35,178 nt of DNA, taken from the NCBI GenBank assembly GCA_023427705.1, contig JAEZAL010000128.1:1-35178 (forward strand), written 5' to 3'. The first letter of the stretch is position 1, and every line of letters begins with the position of its first letter. Below, one piece after another: positions 18,548 to 26,569 of this stretch. The notes beneath the pieces are model-generated. The model ran no database searches and was not told the DNA's origin. It saw nothing but the letters and a program-made list of their open reading frames with translations. The stretch comes from Bacillota bacterium (GTDB lineage: Bacteria > Bacillota > Clostridia > Clostridiales > Clostridiaceae). The position numbers and the translations under genes were made by a program.

Positions 18548-19705
18548 ATGAAAAAATATTATGGAATAACTACTTTTTTAACTTTTGGGGTGTTCAGTAT
18601 CCTAACCACATTTTATTTTCCTTACTTAAATCAAGAAATAGGTCTTAGCCTTAGTGAAGTTGGACGAGTAGTATCAGTAGGTGCTTTATTTACATTGTTT
18701 TCGCAACCTATATTATCGAATAAATTTTCTAAATCTGCTAATAAAAACAGATTTATACTTTCATATTTAGTTATAGCTTTTATAACTATAATAGGACTTA
18801 TGTTTATTAATAAAGATTTAACTATAATATATGCACCGATTTATGGAGCTGTTTTAGGATCTTTAGCTGGAGTATTTGAAATCTATATTGAAGAATTATG
18901 CATAAAAAATAAATATGAATTTTCAGATATTCGTAAATGGGGATCCATTGGTTATGCAATAATAGTTTTTGTTTCAGGAATTATAATTAATAAATTTGGA
19001 TTTAGAATTCTACATATTATAGCTTTAATTATGATAGTTATAATGATGGCAGTTATATTATTTACTTTTAAAGGGGATTTAAAAGTAAAAGAAAATATAA
19101 ATAAAGTTAAGTTTGCTGATTTATTTAAGAACAGAAATATAATACTACTAATTATTGTTGTATTTTTAGGAATGGGAAGTTATATGGGGTTAGATTTTGC
19201 ATATTCCTCTTATCTTGTTAAATTAGTTGGAGATATTGATAAAGCTAATGAAATATATAGTGCTTCTATTAGTTTTAGAGTAGTTATTGAATTCTTTGCA
19301 TTTATGATGATAGCAAAGTATTTAAGTAAGGCGAATAGTAAAAGGTGCTTAACTATTGCTCTGTCTATAGCCGCTATTAAGATTTTACTGTTTTCAACAG
19401 GAAATGTAGCATTAATAGTTCTTGGAGATCAATTACATGGTATTATGTATGGATTATACTTAAATTTTCTTTTTAAATATTTAAGAGATATATTAGATAA
19501 TGAACTTATAGCAACTTCATTTGCAGTTCTATCCGTTTTAAGCAGCGGTGGCTCTAATTTTATTTACCCATCAATTTATAGTTATGTTGAAGGCGTTTTT
19601 GGATATTTTGGAATGTACTTTTTAGGATTTATTTTACTAGTTATTTCTGTAGTAATTCTATTTGTATTTTTACCAAATCCTAAAAATTTTAAAAGGGCTA
19701 AATAA
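18548..19705 (+). CDS. MFS transporter (MFS_1_like / sugar or nucleoside:H+ symporter-like)
   Basis: About 12 TM segments; IRKWGSIGY and QLHG motifs. Confidence 0.82.
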   Translation: MKKYYGITTFLTFGVFSILTTFYFPYLNQEIGLSLSEVGRVVSVGALFTLFSQPILSNKFSKSANKNRFILSYLVIAFITIIGLMFINKDLTIIYAPIYGAVLGSLAGVFEIYIEELCIKNKYEFSDIRKWGSIGYAIIVFVSGIIINKFGFRILHIIALIMIVIMMAVILFTFKGDLKVKENINKVKFADLFKNRNIILLIIVVFLGMGSYMGLDFAYSSYLVKLVGDIDKANEIYSASISFRVVIEFFAFMMIAKYLSKANSKRCLTIALSIAAIKILLFSTGNVALIVLGDQLHGIMYGLYLNFLFKYLRDILDNELIATSFAVLSVLSSGGSNFIYPSIYSYVEGVFGYFGMYFLGFILLVISVVILFVFLPNPKNFKRAK

Positions 19706-20389
19706 ATGAAAAAAACTATTATTTTAAATGGTATTAAAATTAACTACAATTTAATTCTAAAAAATAAAAAGAATATATCAATTAAATTAGACTATAATGG
19801 AGAAGTTATTGTATATGCTCCACTAGATATAAGTGTAAGATATATTGAGGATTTACTAGTAAAAAAGCAAAAGTGGATAATTGATAATTATAATAAAATA
19901 ATGGATAATAAAACTTCAAACAAGATAATGTTTTTAGGAAAAGAGTTTTTTCTCAAAATAGAGAAGTCTAATTATGAAAAAATAGATATAGAAGAGGAAG
20001 TTATAACAATAAAAACCCAAAATACTAATTCAGATAATGTAAAATTAACGTTATCAAATTGGCTTAGGGAGCAAGCCAATTCAATAATAATAAAAAGAGC
20101 AATTGAATTATCAAATGAATGTTCTTTATATCCATCTAAGATTTTAATTAGAAATCAAAAAACTAGATGGGGTAGTTGTAATACTAAAAGAGAAATTCGA
20201 TTAAATTGGCGACTTATATTATCACCTAAGTATGTGATGGATTATATAATAATACATGAACTTTCTCATTTAAAGTATATGAATCACTCAAGTGATTTTT
20301 GGAAATTAGTTGAAGGTTATAATAAAGATTATAAAAAAGCTGAAAATTGGCTTAAGGAGAATGGTATTAAAATAATGAAAATAAATTAG
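19706..20389 (+). CDS. YgjP/DUF45-like zinc metallohydrolase
   Basis: QKTRWGSC, LNWRL, YIIIHELSHL..MNHS..FW. Confidence 0.88.
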   Translation: MKKTIILNGIKINYNLILKNKKNISIKLDYNGEVIVYAPLDISVRYIEDLLVKKQKWIIDNYNKIMDNKTSNKIMFLGKEFFLKIEKSNYEKIDIEEEVITIKTQNTNSDNVKLTLSNWLREQANSIIIKRAIELSNECSLYPSKILIRNQKTRWGSCNTKREIRLNWRLILSPKYVMDYIIIHELSHLKYMNHSSDFWKLVEGYNKDYKKAENWLKENGIKIMKIN

Positions 20390-20490
20390 AAAATTATCTT
20401 TTAAATGAGCTTAAAATATACTAGCAAAAATTATAATTTAACATTATAATATTTTTATAATTACAATAGATAATAATCAAGGAGATGAAT

Positions 20491-20718
20491 ATGAGAACAG
20501 TTTATAGAAATCCAAAAGAATTAGCAACTTGCTTAAAGGACTTAGTAGATAATTATTTAGAATTCTTAATAAGTTATGATGAACTAGAGGAAAAAGTAAA
20601 GAAAATAGTTTCAGCTAATGGAGAAAGAGTTTATAGAGATGGAAGAATTTCTTTAAAATTATATCCTTACTTAGGAGATGAAAGAGTAGAAATAATTAAT
20701 AAAATTGTAGAAGAATAG
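20491..20718 (+). CDS. Small conserved clostridial protein (possibly TIGR04540 family)
   Basis: Y.NPKELA..L..LVD.Y and LG..R pattern. AGGAG spacing favours ATG 20491. Family call is tentative. Confidence 0.6.
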   Translation: MRTVYRNPKELATCLKDLVDNYLEFLISYDELEEKVKKIVSANGERVYRDGRISLKLYPYLGDERVEIINKIVEE

Positions 20719-20728
20719 AAAGTGTTAT

Positions 20729-20760
20729 GCCTCCATAGATTAATTTACTAAGGAGGCTTT
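20729..20760 (+). terminator. Putative terminator
   Basis: GCCTCC...GGAGGC stem followed by TTT. Confidence 0.55.
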
Positions 20761-20785
20761 ATTATAATTTAAGGGAAGAGAGATT

Positions 20786-21409
20786 ATGTTAGATGAAATA
20801 ATTAAAAAGTTTAATAACTATACTCCATATATTAATGGCTGGAGTAATATGAAAAGGGCTGCTGTAGCAATATTATTAGTAGATATAGAAAATGATACTA
20901 AAATAGTATTTCAAGTAAGGGCACTCCATATGAGAACTCAACCAGGTGATATATCATTACCAGGAGGAAGAATAGAAAATAATGAAAGTCCAAGAGAAAC
21001 AGTTGAAAGGGAAATTTGTGAAGAGCTTGGATTAGATAAAGAGGATTTTGAAATAATAACTCCTTTAGATATATTAGTAACTCATTATGGGCAAATTATT
21101 CATCCTTTTTTAGGGTATATAAAAAATATTAATAACATGGATATTAATAAGGATGAAGTTGATCATATTTTTCTAGCTCCAATTGATAAGCTAATAAAAA
21201 ATAATCCATTACAAAATATAAGCAAAATTAATGTTGAAAGAAATAAAAGTTTTCCTTATCATTTAATTAATGGTGGTGAAAATTATAAATTTAAAGAAGG
21301 ACTATATAAATCACTTTTTTATAATTATAATAAATATGTAATATGGGGTATGACAGCATTAATAATAGAAAATTTTTTAAACTATATAAAAAATGATAAA
21401 AATAAATAG
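20786..21409 (+). CDS. CoA pyrophosphatase, Nudix family
   Basis: R...MRTQPGDISLPGG NuCoA motif, GGRIE.....ET..RE..EELG Nudix box, IWGMTA. Confidence 0.9.
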   Translation: MLDEIIKKFNNYTPYINGWSNMKRAAVAILLVDIENDTKIVFQVRALHMRTQPGDISLPGGRIENNESPRETVEREICEELGLDKEDFEIITPLDILVTHYGQIIHPFLGYIKNINNMDINKDEVDHIFLAPIDKLIKNNPLQNISKINVERNKSFPYHLINGGENYKFKEGLYKSLFYNYNKYVIWGMTALIIENFLNYIKNDKNK

Positions 21410-21423
21410 TAAATAATTAAAAT

Positions 21424-21469
21424 AAACTCCTTAATATACTTGGTATGCCCAAATATAACAAGGAGTTTT
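21424..21469. terminator. Terminator between convergent genes
   Basis: AAACTCCTT...AAGGAGTTT imperfect long hairpin. Confidence 0.65.
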
Positions 21470-21493
21470 AATTTTATACTTATATATTAAAGT

Positions 21494-22780
21494 CTATATT
21501 GTACTAAGTAAAAGATATATAACAAAAGTAAATGCTATTAAGTACATTACTATAGAAATATCTTTATATTTTTTAGTAGCAATCTTCATTATTACATAAG
21601 ATATAAATCCAAATGCAATTCCATCTATTATACTAAATGTTAAAGGAATTAATACTATTATTAAAAAACTAGGAATAGCTTCAGAAATATCATTAAAATC
21701 AATATGTACGATTCCTTTAATCATTAAGCTTCCTAATATTATTAGTATAGGAGCTATAACTTCATTAGGAATTATATTTACAAAAGGTATAAGTATTAAA
21801 GTTAAAAGTAATAATATACCTGATATTAATGAAGTAAGTCCAGTTTTTCCACCAGCTGCAATACCGGCAGTTCCTTCAACTGTTGATACTGAAGGACTAG
21901 TTCCAAGAAAACCACAAGCTATTGTAGATAAAGCTATAGAATTTAATGCTTTATTTTGCTTTTCAGGAGCCTTTAAAAGTCCATTAATTTGACCATGTAA
22001 TAAACCTATATTTTCAAAAACTATAACTAAAGTTAAAGAAAATGTTGAAATCCAAAACTTTATGTTCATAATTTCACTTAAATCAATATTAAAGAATATA
22101 CTTTTATACTCTGAAAAATTAGGTAGTGAAAAGGTTAAATTACTTGTGTCAACAAATTTAAGCGTAATTGCTATTATAGTACCAGTAACGATACTAATTA
22201 AAAAACTTCCAGGAATATTCTTAGCAAATAATACTAATGTCAATATAAGAATAAACATAAAAAATAATATTCTTGGATCTGATAAATCTCCAATTTTAAC
22301 AAATGTTGTAGGGTCAGATATAATAAGTCCACTTTTTTGAAGCCCTAAAAATGTTATAAAAAGACCAATACCTATAGTAATAGATTCTTTTATAGAATTT
22401 GGAATTGATTTATCTAAAATCTTAGATAAAGGTGTAATTGCTACTAGTAAAAATAGTATTCCAGCAATAACAACACTTGCTAATGCTTGATTAAAGGTTA
22501 ATCCCATACCTAATATTATAGTATAGGTAAAGAGAGCATTAATTCCCATTCCGGGCATAACTACCAATGGAGTATTACTAATTAATGCAACTAGTAAACA
22601 TCCTATAAAAGAAGCAAAAACAGTTGCTATAATTAATGGTTCTTGTGATATTCCTCCATCACTTAAAATGCTAGCGTTAACTACAATAATATATACTGCA
22701 GCGAAAAAAGAAGTTAAACCAGCTATTAGCTCAGTTTTAAAATTTGTATTATGTTCTTTAAGTTTAAATATTTTTTTCAT
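21494..22780 (-). CDS. NCS2 (AzgA/COG2252-type) nucleobase permease
   Basis: FKLKEHNT..KTE..AGLT, PGMG.NA.F, GIGLFI..LGL, AGGKTGLT. The family-typical N-terminus starts at ATG 22780. Confidence 0.9.
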   Translation of the reverse strand: MKKIFKLKEHNTNFKTELIAGLTSFFAAVYIIVVNASILSDGGISQEPLIIATVFASFIGCLLVALISNTPLVVMPGMGINALFTYTIILGMGLTFNQALASVVIAGILFLLVAITPLSKILDKSIPNSIKESITIGIGLFITFLGLQKSGLIISDPTTFVKIGDLSDPRILFFMFILILTLVLFAKNIPGSFLISIVTGTIIAITLKFVDTSNLTFSLPNFSEYKSIFFNIDLSEIMNIKFWISTFSLTLVIVFENIGLLHGQINGLLKAPEKQNKALNSIALSTIACGFLGTSPSVSTVEGTAGIAAGGKTGLTSLISGILLLLTLILIPFVNIIPNEVIAPILIILGSLMIKGIVHIDFNDISEAIPSFLIIVLIPLTFSIIDGIAFGFISYVIMKIATKKYKDISIVMYLIAFTFVIYLLLSTI

Positions 22781-22847
22781 CCTTTCTGTAAAACCTCTTT
22801 TCGTATCCCTCGCCCACCCGCATCTTAGATGCTTAATTATTATATCA
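22781..22847 (-). promoter_or_regulatory. Extended -10 promoter and GC-rich 5' leader
   Basis: TGATATAAT (22847-22839), then AGCATCTAAGATGCGGGTGGGCGAGGGATACGAAAAGAGGTTTTACAGAAAGG-ATG. Confidence 0.55.
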
Positions 22848-23022
22848 TTAAAGTTGATTTTAAATATAGTAAATCTAAAAAAAATCATAAAAGTCTACAA
22901 TTATATCAAAATATCGTCATATTATTTAGTTTTACACCTTTTGTATACTAATATGTAATACTTTTCTGAAAAAACTTTGAATATTATTCAAATATGGAGA
23001 AATAGTATTCTTGATGGCACTA

Positions 23023-23050
23023 TTGACAAACTAGTTACAAAGAATATAAT
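23023..23050 (+). promoter_or_regulatory. Sigma-A promoter of csoR-copZ
   Basis: TTGACA-16 nt-TATAAT. Confidence 0.75.
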
Positions 23051-23060
23051 TTATTTATAT

Positions 23061-23076
23061 ATACCCCGATAGGGTG
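23061..23076 (+). promoter_or_regulatory. CsoR operator
   Basis: ATACCCCGATAGGGTG has the C-tract/G-tract pseudo-palindrome of CsoR operators and lies between the promoter and the RBS. Confidence 0.75.
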
Positions 23077-23088
23077 GGGAGGTGTAGT

Positions 23089-23355
23089 ATGAACGAAAAT
23101 AGAAAAAAAGCTATGCAATCATTAAAGACTGCAAGGGGACAAATTGACGGCATTATAAAAATGATTGAGGAAGATAGATATTGTATAGATGTATCTAATC
23201 AAATTTTTGCAGCTCAATCATTATTAAAAAAAGCTAATTTAATAATTTTAGAAAATCATCTATCACACTGCGTAAAGGATGCATGTATAAATGGAAATGG
23301 TGATGAAAAAATTGATGAGATAATGAAAATATTAGATAAAGTAATTGCAAGATAA
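23089..23355 (+). CDS. csoR: Copper-sensing repressor CsoR
   Basis: ARGQIDGI..M....YC.D and HLSHCV Cu ligands; GGGAGG RBS supports ATG 23089. Confidence 0.9.
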   Translation: MNENRKKAMQSLKTARGQIDGIIKMIEEDRYCIDVSNQIFAAQSLLKKANLIILENHLSHCVKDACINGNGDEKIDEIMKILDKVIAR

Positions 23356-23370
23356 TAATAAGGAGGGTTT

Positions 23371-23577
23371 ATGATGAAAAAATTAATAAATATAGAAGGT
23401 ATGAGTTGTAATCATTGCGTAGCACATGTTAGAGAAGCTTTAGAAGCAATAGACGGTGTGAAAGTAATGGATGTTAGTTTAGACAATAATAATGCACTAG
23501 TTGAAACTAAGGTTGATAATGATGTTTTAATTAATGCAATTGAAGAAGAAGGTTATGATGTTAAATCTATTGAATAG
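23371..23577 (+). CDS. copZ: Copper chaperone (HMA domain)
   Basis: IEGMSCNHC and IEEEGY motifs. Confidence 0.88.
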   Translation: MMKKLINIEGMSCNHCVAHVREALEAIDGVKVMDVSLDNNNALVETKVDNDVLINAIEEEGYDVKSIE

Positions 23578-23651
23578 TAGATAAAAGAATAAGTAATTTA
23601 AATTCTTTTATTCCAAATTAAATTTAGTATATTTATTACTATATAAGAAAA

Positions 23652-23722
23652 AGAAAAAATATTGTGCCAGTTATACATATAAGTTGTAACAAATAACTAG
23701 GACAATATTTTTTCTCTTTTTT
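23652..23722. terminator. Long bidirectional terminator hairpin
   Basis: AGAAAAAATATTGT...ACAATATTTTTTCT with inner AGTTA/TAACT pairing, between convergent genes. Confidence 0.7.
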
Positions 23723-23723
23723 T

Positions 23724-24167
23724 TTACTGCAGTTTTGAAATTATTCCATTCATATCATTTATTATGGAAACAAGTTTTATTAAATCCTCTTCTTCTAGTA
23801 AGGATACTCTATTCATTAAATTACTTCTCATCTCAGACTTTTTTTCATTTATAAATTCATATGCCTTTTCAGTAAGCTCTAAATTAAATTTTCTTCTATC
23901 CTTTGGATCATTATATCTATTTACAAAGCCTTGATCAATTAGCTTATCTATAATAGGAGTCATATTAGGTTTTGATATATCTAAACATTTTGCTACATTT
24001 GAAACAGACATTGTTTTTTTATTTGCAAGATAAAATATTACTTTCATATGAGATGGTGGGATAATACATCCTTTAATTACTTCATTTGGATTCAAAAGTT
24101 TATTATGTATAAGTACTAATAAATCTAATAATTTTTCAGGTAAGTTTTTTATTTCAGTATTATTCAT
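23724..24167 (-). CDS. MarR family transcriptional regulator
   Basis: ISKPNMTPIIDKL...GFVNR..DPKDRR....LT winged HTH; GGAGG RBS. Confidence 0.92.
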   Translation of the reverse strand: MNNTEIKNLPEKLLDLLVLIHNKLLNPNEVIKGCIIPPSHMKVIFYLANKKTMSVSNVAKCLDISKPNMTPIIDKLIDQGFVNRYNDPKDRRKFNLELTEKAYEFINEKKSEMRSNLMNRVSLLEEEDLIKLVSIINDMNGIISKLQ

Positions 24168-24227
24168 AAAGATCCTCCTAAGTAATTTTCAGTTTTATTA
24201 TAAACTATTTAAAATAATTATACAAGT

Positions 24228-24255
24228 ATAACCATTATTAACATATAATGGTTAT
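24228..24255. promoter_or_regulatory. Putative MarR operator
   Basis: ATAACCATTAT-TAACAT-ATAATGGTTAT (11-6-11 inverted repeat) in the divergent intergenic region. Confidence 0.65.
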
Positions 24256-24331
24256 GAAAATATAATTAATATATTATTCTAATTTATCTTATACTATACT
24301 CAATAGTATTATGAAAGGAGACAAAAATAAA

Positions 24332-26569
24332 ATGATGAAGCTATTAAAATATTTAAAGCCATTTATAGGTTCTATCATTGTAATTATAGTACTGTTATTT
24401 GTGCAGGCTATAAGTGAACTATCACTTCCGGACTATATGTCAAATATAGTCAATGTAGGTATTCAGCAAGGTGGGATCGAAAATTCGGTTCCTAAAATAA
24501 TAAGAAAGAGCGAAAAAGAAAAGCTATCACTTTTTATTGACAAAAATGATATTAATAAAGTGGAGGATAACTATAAATTAATTAGTAAAGATAATTTAAC
24601 AGAAGATGAATATAGAGATTATCTAAGTAAATATCCTTTATTAGCTACTGAGGACTTATATGAGCTTAATACAAAAGATAAAAAAATAATAGAAGAGTTA
24701 AATAATATTTTAGCTAAACCTGAATTAATAGTTTATGGAATAAATTCTGGTAATTTTGATTTTAGCAGTGATAATAGTCAAAGTATTTTAGATAATTTAC
24801 CTGAAAATACAGATGTTTTTACAATTTTTAAAAATTTACCAAAGGAACAACTAAATGAATTATTAAAAGGAATAAATGAAAAACTTAATGAAATGCCTGA
24901 AAGTATGATAAAACAATCAGCAGTAGCATATGTTAATGCTGAATATAAAGCTATAGGTATTAATACAAATAGTTTACAAACTAGTTATATATCAATAACT
25001 GGTGTTAAAATGCTTGGAATAGCATTAATCAGTATGGTTGCAACTGTTATTGTTGGATTCCTATCTGCTAGAATTGCAGCTGGTCTTGGAAAAAATTTAA
25101 GAAGAGATGTATTTAAGAAAGTAACAAGCTTTTCAAATACTGAATTTGATAAATTTTCAACTGCTTCTTTAATTACTAGAAGCACAAATGATATACAACA
25201 AATTCAAAGTTTAATGGTTATGCTATTTAGAATAATATTTTATGCTCCGATTTTAGGCGTAGGTGGAGTGTTAAAAGTATTAAGGACAGATACTAATATG
25301 ACTTGGATAATTGCTATAGGAGTCATATTGATAGTATTACTAGTTAGTATATTATTTTCATTTGCAATGCCTAAATTTAAGATGGTACAAAAATTAATTG
25401 ATAAGTTAAATTTAGTCACAAGAGAAAGTTTAACAGGTATGTTAGTTATAAGAGCTTTCAGTACACAAGAATATGAAGAAAAGAGATTTGATAAAGCTAA
25501 TCTTGATTTAACTAGAACAAATTTATTTGTTAATAGATTAATGTCATCAATGATGCCAGTTATGATGCTTATTATGAATGGATTAACATTACTTATAGTT
25601 TGGGTTGGATCACATCAAGTTGATTTAGGTAGAATTCAAGTTGGTGATATGATGGCATTTATACAATATGCTATGCAAATAATTATGTCATTTTTAATGA
25701 TTTCTATGATATCAATTATGCTTCCACGTGCATCTGTATCAGCTCAACGTATTAGTGAAGTTATATATACTGATTTATCTATTAAAGATAAAAATGAAAC
25801 TAAGAAGTTCTTAAAATCAAAAAAAGGATATGTAGAATATAAAAATGTTAGTTTTAAATATCCTGGTGCAGAAGATTATGTTATTAAAGGGATTAGTTTT
25901 ATTGCTAAGCCTGGAGAAACAACAGCAATAATTGGCAGTACAGGTAGTGGGAAATCTACCTTAATTAATCTTATGCCTAGGTTTTATGATGTTACTGAAG
26001 GACAAATACTTATTGATGGTGTAGATATAAGGGACGTTAATCAAAAAGAACTAAGAGAAAGAATTGGATATGTTCCTCAAAAAGGAGTGTTATTCTCTGG
26101 TACTATTGAAAGTAATTTAAAATATGGTTCACCTAATGCCAAAACAGAAGATATGAAGAAGGCTTCTGATATAGCACAAGCTACTGAATTTATAGAAGCA
26201 AAAACGAGTAAGTATGAAAGTGAAATATCTCAAGGTGGTTCTAATGTATCGGGTGGTCAAAAACAAAGATTGTCAATTGCTAGGGCTTTAGTAAAAAAAC
26301 CTGAAATATATATATTCGATGATAGTTTTTCAGCGTTAGACTTTAAGACTGACTCTGCATTAAGAAAAGCAATAAAGGATAATATTAAAGAAGCAACAAT
26401 GATAATAGTAGCACAAAGAATAAATACAATAAAAGATGCAAATCAAATTATAGTTTTAGATGAAGGTAGAGTTGCTGGAATAGGAACTCATAAAGAGCTT
26501 TTAGAAAACTGTGAAGTATATAAGCAAATAGCTTTATCACAACTTTCAAAGGAGGAGCTAATGTCATGA
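24332..26569 (+). CDS. Heterodimeric ABC exporter subunit A (degenerate site, large insertion after TM1)
   Basis: GSTGSGKS, VSGGQKQR, IYIFDDSFSALD (E to D) and VAQR (H to Q). AAAGGAG supports ATG 24332 or 24335. Confidence 0.9.
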   Translation: MMKLLKYLKPFIGSIIVIIVLLFVQAISELSLPDYMSNIVNVGIQQGGIENSVPKIIRKSEKEKLSLFIDKNDINKVEDNYKLISKDNLTEDEYRDYLSKYPLLATEDLYELNTKDKKIIEELNNILAKPELIVYGINSGNFDFSSDNSQSILDNLPENTDVFTIFKNLPKEQLNELLKGINEKLNEMPESMIKQSAVAYVNAEYKAIGINTNSLQTSYISITGVKMLGIALISMVATVIVGFLSARIAAGLGKNLRRDVFKKVTSFSNTEFDKFSTASLITRSTNDIQQIQSLMVMLFRIIFYAPILGVGGVLKVLRTDTNMTWIIAIGVILIVLLVSILFSFAMPKFKMVQKLIDKLNLVTRESLTGMLVIRAFSTQEYEEKRFDKANLDLTRTNLFVNRLMSSMMPVMMLIMNGLTLLIVWVGSHQVDLGRIQVGDMMAFIQYAMQIIMSFLMISMISIMLPRASVSAQRISEVIYTDLSIKDKNETKKFLKSKKGYVEYKNVSFKYPGAEDYVIKGISFIAKPGETTAIIGSTGSGKSTLINLMPRFYDVTEGQILIDGVDIRDVNQKELRERIGYVPQKGVLFSGTIESNLKYGSPNAKTEDMKKASDIAQATEFIEAKTSKYESEISQGGSNVSGGQKQRLSIARALVKKPEIYIFDDSFSALDFKTDSALRKAIKDNIKEATMIIVAQRINTIKDANQIIVLDEGRVAGIGTHKELLENCEVYKQIALSQLSKEELMS

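Noticed and set aside
22781..22900. Canonical purine riboswitch or PyrR site before the permease
   Set aside because: No TATAAT...GATATGG...TTTCTACC...CCGTAAA core and no ARUCCNGNGAGGYU motif; kept instead as an unexplained leader.
23015..23030. Sigma-54-like TGGCAC upstream of csoR
   Set aside because: No GC at the -12 position; a sigma-A promoter explains the region.
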